From Octopus sinensis (taxonomy: Eukaryota): DNA of 64,000 bases. Below the pieces are notes generated by a model. The model saw only the letters and a program-made list of their open reading frames with translations. It had not been told where the DNA came from and did not search any database. The stretch lies in contig NW_021836141.1 of assembly GCF_006345805.1 (NCBI RefSeq), positions 112,368 to 176,367 on the forward strand. Reading direction: 5' to 3'. This document shows, piece by piece, positions 53,027-64,000 of the stretch. The number at the start of each line of letters is the position of its first letter. Positions within the stretch are counted from its first letter, which is position 1. The translations under genes and the position numbers were made by a program.

Positions 53027-53829
53027 TAATTGAATTCGATGAATTAGCAGAGAAAGTTTAAATAATGACTGAAGATGTCGCTTTTAGGTACACTTTCAAA
53101 ATTCAAATTTCGTTTTTCACACATCCACTTGCAATATGTGACTTTTCTTTCATTGTGAAAAGTACAAAGAAGTGGGGAAGAAGGGGTAAGTTTTTTTTTT
53201 CCCCCTTTTAATGCGAGCTGCAAATGTTTCAGAATGTGGAATAAGATAGCATGACAGAAAATTTCGAAAAAGAAAAGAAATAATTTTTGTGGTTGTTGCT
53301 GTTCCAAACACATGATGTGTGTGTGTGTGTGTGTTTGTGTGTGTGTGTTTGTGTGTGTGTCTGTTTGTGTGTGTAAGGGGTGGATAGAGACACCAACATT
53401 TAAAAGACATGGATTCTTCTTTCAAAACGATTTCTCTTCATTGTTTTTCTTTGCAATGCGAGAAAGAAAAGTGGGGGGAAATCCTGATAAAAACAGAAAA
53501 AATCAAGCATCTATTTCCAGTTTCCAGTAGAGATAGGTGGAGTACAGTGAGTAATATTTACGGCACTTTTGACTTCGAAAAAATATTTTTCACAAATGTT
53601 CACTACCTTGCAAAAACTATATCAGCAGTATAGTTAGACAAGGAAGACCACGACTATCTATAACCGTCTACTTCGTACTTTCTCTATATATACTGGCTGA
53701 CATCACCTTATTTATAATGACTTCACATACCACTTGTCACGTGAGAGGGGTGTACTATTATTTCTATTATCCCCACAACATCTCCCTTTCAGATTTTTCT
53801 TTTTTTCTTAGAGAATGTCATTTTATTTC

Positions 53830-55520
53830 TTTTAATAGCAATACTTTTTATATCACCCGACCTCCCTTTTTTTGGGTTCTTTTCTTAGTTACACATTTAA
53901 TATATTTTCCATTTGGCATCTACTTCCAGGAACTCCATACATTTTTCTTATGCTTGTGCGTCTGGGATCAATCACCTGTGGTAGCATTATACTTGAAAAG
54001 TATCTTATAAACATTCCACTGGTTCTTGCATTCTCTCGGGTTCACTTTCAACGAATCTTTTTCCAGCTGGTTCATGTGTCTCTTGTATTCGCCTTTTCTA
54101 CTTTCCACCAAGTATAGCATTTTTTTTTATCTGTTTGGTAATCACGCCATCTCCCCAACTCTGTTTTCCTTTCTTAGATGCCCTCACAAATACATTTTCA
54201 TCAATTCTGAAAGATGTTGCTGCATTTTCCTTTGCAATTTTTCTTTTCTTACCAATGGTGACATACATACAGATATATTTGAATTTGCTGTCACACGATA
54301 TACACTTAAGAATTGTTGCAGAGCTAACTCATCCATGACTCCCTTATTTGACTTCCTTAGGGGTTCCCTTGAATATATCGACAAAGCGTTCGACTCGCCC
54401 ACTAGATCCGGTATGGTATGACGCCATAGTTACATGTTCTACAGCAAACGTTTTGCAGAACATTTTTAATTCAAAACACAAATTGCATCCCATTATCAGA
54501 CACCATGGCGTCTGGGACACCAAATCTCACAAACAGCGCACGTAAAAAATTTGTCACACTTGAAGAGGTTGTTTTTTTACACTTACAAATTTCTGGCCAT
54601 TTGGAGAAACTATCAGCTACCACTAAGTAGTCTGAATCGTTTAAAGGACCAGCGAAATTGATGTGTAGTCTCGTCTACTGAACATTTACTTTTGGCCAAG
54701 GTTCACATTTTATCATCGGTAATTTTGCTACTAGAGCACATCCTCTACAGCCTATCACTAAATTTTCGATTTCTGTATCTATTTTTGGCCAGTACTCACA
54801 GCTGCACATTAAAGCTTGGATCTTTTCGGTTTGAACGGCAGTTTTTTCTAGCGGTGTCATATGAAATTGTCACCATAATTATGACCCTAGTATCGATCTA
54901 TTGCATTTCAATCTGTTTTAGGGTTAGGGTTAGTTAGGGGTGGGGAAAGGGTATCTTTTTTTCTTCACAAATGTAAATAAACCCAATCTGTTTCTTAAAC
55001 GAGAGACATATTCATACGGCACAGACTGTTTTTTTTACCTCAATAGACGTCACTGATTGGTTGAAATTGCAGAAATTGAAGAAAAAAAACAACAAATATC
55101 TTACAAACAATAAAGTCAAGATAAAAAGATGTTTTATAAACACATTCTACCAGTATACGAAGTTTAAAATTTTTTAGTTACCTAGAAATTATGTTAAAAA
55201 CTGCCGTTCAAACCGAAAAGATCCTAAAGCTTTCATCCCCGAAATATCAGGATGTCCGAAATGAAATTCCCTCGACATTTTCTTTCGTAGTGTTTCAAGT
55301 ATCACTACTCTCTGTACACCATCACAAATTGAGTATAGGTTCACGTCTTGGTTTTGTTTCGCACCAATATTATTCCTATTTACATTTCCTGACCACAATG
55401 TTCTTTTCACTTCTCTTATGAATCTGTCTTTTACTACATTTCGCTTTATGTCTTCTAGGGTTACTGTTATTTTGCGTACCACATTTCTCATTGCATTTTT
55501 TATTTCTCCTTCTGCTCTTG
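53830..55520 (-). mobile_element. Gypsy-type integrase remnant interrupted by a MITE
   Basis: HFGHPDISGMKAL|MCSCEYWPKIDTEIENLVIGCRGC, INFAGP, VVDSFSKWPE, GVPDAMVSDNG, ERFVDIFK. Confidence 0.85.
54818..55224 (+). mobile_element. Merlin-like MITE family 1
   Basis: TIRs as at 17107; perfect 8-bp TSD TAAAGCTT. Confidence 0.92.
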
Positions 55521-55526
55521 AAGCTG

Positions 55527-57850
55527 CAAATTGTAAAATTTAAGCATATCATAAGAGTGTAGTTGCCCACGGATATATATTCAGAAAATAGAAAGGCCAT
55601 TGTGGTCGACAAAGACACATACAAGAGACTAGTAGACATGTGCGGAAAAAAGATTGACCCGCCCGGAGTGTGAGTGGAGTTCGATGAACTGCCACCCGTA
55701 CTTGAACTCAGAGACGTTGGAGCCTTTCATGAGGTACAAAAATGTAAAGAAAAAAGAGTAAGTAAAATTATTTTGCTGAAAGAAAAAAAAGGCAAAAGTA
55801 AAAGTGTTTCAATGAAAAAAAAGAGGAAAAAAGATGATTAAGAAAAAACAATAGAAAAATAGAACGATTGTGAATAGTTTGTATAAACGTTCAAATGGTA
55901 CTGCATGGAAATGAGGCCCCTGCAGCCATTTCATTTCTTCATATAACATTTCATTCTCGTTCGTTCTATGTTTTATATCCCCATTGTGGTGTTGTGTCTG
56001 TCCTTGTAGTGTCCCCCTCTGTATTGTGGCCGTGTTGCCAAATAAAGAAATTCTGACATTTATTTGTATTCAAGTTGTTGATAACGGAGTGTTTTTATCG
56101 TGAGAGAGTTAAATATTTGTTGGATCTTTTCCTTTTGATGGACGGAATTCAACACAATTTCATATTTGTTTGTTACTGTTCGAATTGTTGATATTGTAAA
56201 TTGTTGTTTTATTTATTTTTTCCATTGAGGGAAAAATGGAAAAAACGCCAGCGATCGACCACAGTTATGCGGCCGCAACTGGAAAAGGAACTGAAGAGGA
56301 AACGCTGGAAATAAGTGAAATTCAGGTAGAACCAAGAAACATGAAGAAATATGAGAAGTTACTGGAGAAAGAAGGAGATGCATTGAAGTTGACGCCACCT
56401 GCAGACCTGACAAGCAGTGTAACGAAACGAACAGTTATATGTAAAACAATGAAGATAGCAACGAGAAGGATAGAGATTGCGACAGTGGAGGAAATTGAAG
56501 AGGTTTTGAAAAGCATTAGAAAACTAACGACATATATAACAAGAGGAAGGAAGTATGCCATCGTGGAGGTATGCTTTGCGGCAGAGGAGGGGGCAGTTGG
56601 ACACGCAGCGGAGAGATCGGAGGAGTGGGTACTTTTGCCGTTGTGCAGTGGCAAACGTGTGGCCAGAGTGCAACTAAGCAAAGTATCTCAGAACTAGAAG
56701 AAACATGGCTGATGACAGCCATAATGTTCAACATGAAAGATGAGGCCAAGATACTGAAGGCTACAAGGACAAATAGAATCAACGGATCTTTTCGGTTTGA
56801 ACGGCAGTTTTTTCTAGCGGTGTCATATGAAATTGTCACCCATAATTATGACCCTAGTATCGATCTATTGCATTTCAATCTCTTTTAGGGTTGGGAAGGG
56901 TATCTTTTTTTCTTCACAAATGTAAATAAACCCAATCTGTTTCTTAAACGAGGAACATATTCATACGGCACAGAATGTTTTTTAACTCAATAGACGTCAG
57001 TGATTGGTTGAAATTGCAGAAATTGAAGAAAAAAACAACAAATATGTTACAAACTATAGAATTTTCTCAATAAAGCCAAGAGAAAAAGATGTTTTATAAA
57101 CACATTCTAACAGTATACGAAGTTTTTAATTTTTTAGTTACCTAGGAGGGGTTCACAGTGGTGGAAAGAAGGAAAAGTGGAAAAGTGAGCCCGCCGCCAG
57201 GTAACCAGAAAAAGAAAAAAGAAGAGGTGGAAATGAAAGATGCGACCAGAAGGAAGGAAGACACAATGGTGGTGGAGAAAGAAAGTGAAAAAGTAATTGG
57301 AAAGGTGTGCGAGAATGAGTTACAGAAGGAGGAAACAGCGTTGAAGGCGCCGGTTAATTCAACGAAGGAGAAAGATTCAAGAGTGCAACTGTATGAGGGT
57401 GAAATGGAGAAATTGTTCAGAGTGGAGATAGAAAAGGAAAAGGTACCAGAAATAGAAGTAGAAAAGAGAAAACCAAGAAGAGGAAAAAATAAATGGAACT
57501 TCGTAACATATGCATAAAACAAAGAGGTGGAAAGAAAAATTGTAAAATTTAAGCATATCATATGAGTGAAGGTGCCCACGGATATATATTCAGAAAATAG
57601 AAAGACTATTGTGGTCGACAAAGACACATACAAGAGATCAGTAGACATGTGCGGAAAAAAGATTGACCCGCCTGGAGTGTTGGTGGAGTTCAATGAACCG
57701 CCACCCATACTTGAACTCAGAGACGTGGAGCCTTTCATGAGGTATTAAAATGGGAAAAAAAAGAGTAAAATTGTTTTGTTGAAAAAAAAAGAAAGGAAAA
57801 AGTAGAAGTGTTTCAATGGGAAAAAAATATGATTAAGAAAAAACAATAGA
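55527..57850 (+). mobile_element. Tandem partial copies of a putative ORF1-only retroelement
   Basis: ~330-bp direct repeat (55527-55860 and ~57537-57850); AATAAAGAAA end near 56041; interrupted K/E-rich frame 56236-57748. Confidence 0.5.
56784..57145 (+). mobile_element. Merlin-like MITE family 1 lacking the right TIR
   Basis: Homology to 54818-55224. Confidence 0.85.
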
Positions 57851-59221
57851 ACGTGTATGTGTGCACGCAGCTGTATATGCATGCACTAGCACTATGACCC
57901 GGCGTTGCCAGGTCATAGTGCTAGTAATATAATGAAATGTTTCGTAAGTGCTGAATGAATTTTAAGGTGTGCTCTACCTTTTTTCACAGCAATGAATGGG
58001 GCACAAAGCTGATTTTCTGACAGATTCGAATATCACCGAAAACGATGTTATTAGCACTACACTGTCACCAAAAGATCACCTAAACTATCACCACTTTTGA
58101 TTATCAACTCATAAAAACATTCCGTTTGCTCTTAACTCGTTGTCTTTGTTTTTTTTTTAGTTAACCATTGTCCTGTCTATAGATTTAGTCTTAATTTGAA
58201 TTATTGTGTGAGGTTGCTACATTAATTTTGTTAACCCTTCGAGCCCTTCAGTTCAATGACTGAAACAAGTAGAAAGCAAAGGTATTATCTGTTATTTTAT
58301 ACCAGTTACTTGTTTCATTCTGGGGTACCACATCGAAGGTTTTAGTCGAATAACGCGACACAACCTCAATCATGAGTTCTCTTGTGATGAAAACAATGCA
58401 ATTATTATTACATGCATCATTTGTTTTTGTTTTTTAATGGATTAGTCAGAAAAGTTAGGACAGAAACTATGGCATTTACAATGTCTTCATTATTAGTGAG
58501 AAGAAAGGATAAAATTTTTCCCGGGATGGAGAGCTAGCTTCAATGCATGCAACGTAGTGTTCTCTGCTAGAGAGAGCCAAGTGCAAGGTGATGGGGAAAC
58601 TCAATAACTGATTAAGTTTATCTCTCAAATTTATTAAGGTATGTACTTCAATCTCAGCATCTAAAATGATAAAATTAACTTCAATTAATGATTCTGGGAA
58701 AGGTATATCCAACACATGACCAGTACTATTCACCTCTCCACATACCTCAAAGAAATTCATATTAGATTACAAAATCATTACTAATGCAATTTAGTGATGG
58801 AACTAATGTAATTTAGTATTGTAAGGAGATGACAAAAATAATTTTCAAAAGAAGGGATAGTTGTGAATAACTATCAAATGATAGAAAATTGAAGAGGAAA
58901 ATTACACAACTTCTGTATTATGAAGTGTCTTCACTGAACTAATGAATGATCTTTCTAAAATTTATTACATTACTAATGGTTCTAATAAAGCAATTTTCTT
59001 TTCTTTACATAAACTCCTTTGCATCCAATCATTTAATTTCAAAAGAAATGCAATAATTTAACTCAAATATAGGACTTAGTTTTATCATATTTTCCTTTTA
59101 CAGCTAATCTAGAATGAGTTCAATACCTGTGAACATGATTTTAATGACTTCATAAAATCTTACATATTCAAATGGAGAAATGCAATATATACATACCCCT
59201 CATTCATTGGATAATAAACTT

Positions 59222-59745
59222 TTCTTGTGAAGACCTTCTAAGGCAAGTGAAATCAAATCAAAACGATATGGCCGATGACAGTACCGCCTGATTGGCATTC
59301 GTGCCAGTGGAACGTTAAAAGTACATCCGACCTTGATTGTTGCCAGAGCCACAGATTAGCTCCCATGCTGGTGGCACATAAAAAGCACTGTTCGAGCGTG
59401 ATTGTTGCCAGCATTGCCTTACCAGCACATGTGCTGGTGGCACATGAAAAATAACATTCAAGTATGGGTGTTGCCAGTGCTGCTGGACTGGCTCCCGTGC
59501 AGGTAGCACATAAAAACTACCTTTCAAGCATGGTCGTTGCCAGAACCACCTGACTGGCCCTCGTGCCAGTAGCACGTAAAAGCACCCGCTACACTCTTGG
59601 AATGGTTGGTGTTAGGAAGGGCATCCAGCTGTAGAAACTTTGCCAGATCAGATTGAGCCTGGTGCAGCCTTCTGGCTCACCAGCCCTCAGTCAAACCATC
59701 CAACCCATGCCAGCATGGAAAGTGGACGTTAAACAATGATGATAA
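59222..59745 (+). mobile_element. Family C element with five ~65-bp tandem units and an RTE-type tail
   Basis: Units at ~59300, 59365, 59430, 59497 and 59561. Confidence 0.8.
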
Positions 59746-60166
59746 TATATACATGTACGTATGTATATATCTTTTGCTCTTCTTTCATATTTATGCCACA
59801 CCTGGAAACAATCCTTGAGTTGTATCTATGGTTTATACTGGGATTTGCTACCCAAATGTATACATACCTGCAGTACACCGTCAACAAATACACCTGGTCG
59901 GTCTTTACCTTATTGTAAACTCAATGCTTTGGTACCCAGCCAGTCTTAGTGTCTACTTGTTGATATGCCTAGATTCTAATGCATCCTGTAACGAATGTGT
60001 GTGTGTATGTGTTATTCTTGTGAAAAAGGTGAATAGGCAAAAGCAGTATAGAACTGTGCTATTTGACTTACAGTATTATTTTTAACTAGTTTTAACTTCA
60101 GACTTCACATAGCCTGCTTTGTATTCTGTGTTTCTCTGAAATTTATAATATCCATTTCTAACATAA

Positions 60167-60465
60167 GTGGTGGCACATGGCCTAGTGGTTGGAGCAGTGG
60201 GCTCGCAGTCGAGGGATCGCGGGTTCAAATATCAGACCGGACGATATGTGTGTGTGTTTATGAGTGAAACACCTAAGCTCCACGTGGCGCCAGCAGAAGG
60301 TAATGGCAAACTTCTGCTGACTCTTTTGCCACAACTTTCTCTCCCTCTTTCCACCTGCATCTTGCAGCTCACCTGCAATGGACCGGCGTCCCGTCCAGGT
60401 GGGGAACTTATATGCCAAGGAAACTGGGAAACTGGCCCTTATGAGCCTGGCATGGCTCGAGAATA
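60167..60465 (+). mobile_element. tRNA-derived SINE (head H1-like, tail T3 with V-domain-like motif)
   Basis: TGGCCTAGTGG and GGGTTCAAAT boxes; AAACACCTAAGCTCCACG; CCTGCAATGGACCGGCGTCCCGTCCAGG. Confidence 0.8.
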
Positions 60466-63295
60466 AACAAAGAATTTCTAATATAGGCACAAGGCTACCA
60501 ATTTGAGAGAGCATGTTTTTAATTATATCAATTCCTGTAAATAAATGGTACATACTTCATCAACCTCAGAAATATAAACTGTGAAATAGACACTAGCAGC
60601 CTTTGTACTCTGAATATAAAAATATGTAGTTGATGAATAATTCTTATCATCATTGTTTTACATCCACTTTTGATACATTTTTCTAGTGTTTTACTGCCAG
60701 CTGCTCTTCTTGGATCCAACTCCTTCAGTCACTTCTCATAACAAACAGGAATGTTGTGTCCCTGTCATAAAATCAAGAGAGACATATTAAACATAACTAA
60801 ACACCAAAAAGTATTTTGACTCCTTAGTCAATACACTTCATTCCTTCTCAGGTCAGTAGTAAAAATAATAATCTACTGGAGTTGATCCTATCCTTGTAGT
60901 TCCTGTTGCAGAAATTGTGTCATGTCATGAAAAAAAACCCACTGCATTGTTAACATCTTTGAATGTATATCTTCTTTCTGAGGAATTTCAACCGTGTTTC
61001 GTGGTCTGCTACTACAACAGCTCCTTTATAGGATCCAGTTAGCTCAAGACATCATCAGGAGGAACCATGTCCGGTTTCGGCCCCTACTCATCTACCGTTT
61101 TGACGTGGCGGGCCCCCTCCTTTCGGGGTTGTATTCAGCTCTGGTGTTGGGTGCATGTCTTCTTTCTTCTTCTTTCTTCTGTTCCCTGGCCTCTTTGATG
61201 TAGTGTCAATGAGTGTCAGTGGGTGACTGACTGTCTTGTGAAATTTCCCTTTGTATGTGTTTTAAAAGTCTTGAAATTGTTGAAATTACTGTCTTTTATT
61301 ATATATAGGTCCTTATTTACAAATTCCATATAGATCTTCTGTGCATTATGACTCAAAAATCTTCAAACTAGAAATAGCAGTATTCCTCATCACTAAGCTC
61401 AAAAGTATGAATTTTCATTTACAACATGGCACCAGAAAACAAAAGCTCCATAAATCTCACAAATCTAAAGTAGAAATGAAGCTTTATAGTCACATTTATA
61501 CTTCTAATTTTGGAGTCAGTTTGTTTCTATATTTTACATGTGTATATATATATATATATTTTCTTTTTTTTTTTTTGATATCTACTGTTAATTTATTATG
61601 TGATGAAAAGCTGAATATTAGGCAATTTGGCTTTATGATGGTGAATTTTAAAATGCATTTCAATCTTTTATTCAAGTTAAAACTCAGTATTACAAAGAAA
61701 AAAATGTGCCCTCCTAATGCAAATATATCCATATTATAAGCCAGAGAAAAATATTGTTGTTCTTTTGGGTTTGTTTTTTAGTGCATACATTTAGAAATGT
61801 TTTTATTGGAGAAATATTTCACTAAATTTTGTATGAGTTCCATTCAAAAATGTTGTTATAGTTAAATCTATTAACTGGAATCCAACAGATTTGAATCCTT
61901 TTGAGAAACAAGTCTTTGATGATTTCTCTCAATCATAGACTGTATGTGGTCATGCCAACAGTTTCTACTTTATCTGAAGGAAAATGTGAATAGCTGTGTC
62001 AAAAGTCAGTTGGAAATATAGCTGTAATTTCATTTAAGCATAAAGGATAGCAGAATAGAATATGGAGATTTTTATTTTCTCAAAGAATTTGTATTCTAAA
62101 TGTCTCTGGAAAATATTGCCTAATCCAATAACATTTACAAATAACTCTGAACAAATTCTGAAATAAATGGGTTCTTTTAATAATAGCTAATCAGCAATAA
62201 TTAATAATCAACACATTAAGAATTGGATGAATATATCATTAGCCCAGATGATCTAATAGCTAATATCCTTTAAGTAATTTTTTTAAAGCATTTTCTGTTC
62301 CTGGTTATAAATAAAAATAGGTGTACAAAATTTCATTCATATGTATTTTGTCTCCTTAGGTATGGAGACTAAATATGCTATAGATGAAATTCTGTATATT
62401 TAAATCTATGAAATGTCATAGATAGGACATTGGAACAATGTCCCAAATTCATGTGTTTAGAGATGTTGATCTCTAAGGCAATGAATAATTTTTGTTTCAT
62501 GCCCCAAAGAGCAACAGAAATTACTTGAATGTTGCACCTTTATTTTATTTTTTTATATTTAAAGTTATAAATTCTATATTTATTGTGATTTTGGTGTCTC
62601 TGTCAGAGAAGACATAAAGCAAAATATAAACTGTTTACAAGAAGACATTGTCTCACAAGAATGAGTAGGTGGTTATTTTGGGAACGTTACCGATTTCTGG
62701 TATCAAGATAATGAAATGTGTTTGCTTCGTAACACACTTAGATATTTTACCAATCAACTAATCCTTGATTTTTGAAGTATGGAACAGTTTTACTACCAAC
62801 ATCACCTGAATAGTCATGCAGTGTGTATGTATGCGCATGTCATACAGTATATTTATGCATCTGAGACTAAGAACCAATTCCAATTCTAGTCACTTTCTTG
62901 TCGCATTGTACATTGATATAAAGTAAATTCATAAGTATCTATCTTTAGATGTGTATAACTACGTGGTTGTACATGAATATTTGAATAGCTATCCTGCTAC
63001 CTGTCGATAAAATGTGTGTGTGTGATCATTATTATCATCAATATCATTTAATGTCCAGCTTCCATACTGGGCAGAATCTGATAAGTTGAAGAGCAATGTG
63101 TTGCTGTAGCATTAATAACAGTAATCTTTTCTTTCCAAAATACATTCACGCATATATATATGAAGCTGAATCAAACCATTACAAATAATATATATGTATA
63201 TATGTGTGTATAATATATATATAATGTAAAAATAAATGTATATATATCTATATATACGTGTATATATATATATACATATATATATATATACATTT

Positions 63296-63558
63296 ATGGC
63301 TGGTTTCCATGTGCCGGTGGCACGTAAAAAGCACCAACCAATCGTGGCCGTTGCCAGCCTCTTCTGGCTCCTGTGCCGGTGGCACGTAAAAAGCATCCAC
63401 TACACTCATGGAGTAGTTTGCGTTAGGAAGGGAATCCAGCTGTAGAAACACTGTCAGATCAGACTGGAGCCTGGTGCAGCCTCCTGGCTTCCCAGACCCC
63501 TGTTGAACCGTCCAACCCATGCTAGCATGGAAAACGGACATTAAATGATGATGATGAT
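63296..63558 (+). mobile_element. Family C element with two tandem units
   Basis: Homology to 21014-21252. Confidence 0.8.
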
Positions 63559-63595
63559 ATATGCTTGTGTGTGTGTGTCTGTGTGTGTGTATATA

Positions 63596-64000
63596 CGAGG
63601 CGCTAGCCAATAGTAACCAGAAACGTTCTCTGGCACAAGCCCATTATAGTTCAGGCTTCCGCTGCTGGAATCTACTTGATGCAAACCTCAGGCTTCAGTC
63701 TGCCGACCAGCGGCGTTAGGTGAGGTCGTACTACCACGTGGTGCGTCTTTGTTTTGCAGTGCTTCTCCCTACTTTGTCGACTTTTGCGACGAGTGGAACG
63801 AAAGAAAAGCGTGCTTCCGTGAAATTCTGTTTCCTGCTGGGGAAAAAAGGCGGCCAAAACAGTTGTCATGCTTCAAACAGCTTACAAGGACGCTGCCATG
63901 AGCAAAACACAAATTTACGAGTGGTTTTCATGCTTTAGGAACGGTTACTTGTCACTTGAAAACCAACCCCGTTCAGGGCGGCCGTCGACCTCCCGTTCAA
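63596..64000 (+). mobile_element. mariner 5' end running off the window
   Basis: TA-CGAGG start; EKRASVKFCFLLGK..YKDAAMSKTQIYEWF..PRSGRPST with a frameshift. Confidence 0.88.

Noticed and set aside
57142-57738. 198-aa minus-strand ORF
   Set aside because: S/F-rich antisense shadow of the purine-rich plus-strand frame
59295-59590. CRISPR-like repeat/spacer pattern
   Set aside because: Spacers are homologous to each other, the context is a eukaryotic retroposon, and there are no cas genes
60985-61100. Two minus-strand hammerhead-like arrangements
   Set aside because: Neither has a U-H cleavage site with a closing stem I

Overview
AT-rich eukaryotic DNA saturated with (TA)n/(CA)n/(TACA)n microsatellites. 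The repeat content resembles an Octopus-type cephalopod genome (inference, not searched). Almost all listed ORFs are microsatellite or repeat artefacts. Supported content: several tRNA-derived SINE families; LINE fragments (a CR1-like RT with an open 455-codon frame, RTE, Penelope RT/GIY-YIG); Tc1/mariner and pogo remnants; Merlin-like MITEs with 8-bp TSDs; non-autonomous Helitrons; a Gypsy integrase remnant; and two phase-compatible minus-strand exons of an unidentified gene. The most striking signal is a dense, diverse set of 14 minimal type-I hammerhead ribozyme (HHR) motifs of the Penelope pseudo-LTR kind, from about 10 sequence families. Most sit beside (TA)n and several lie in fold-backs. 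They include non-canonical cores (a G3:C8 swap, A6U in two copies, A9C) and a family with a branched stem II. All folds and coordinates were read by eye, and element boundaries are approximate unless TSDs are quoted.
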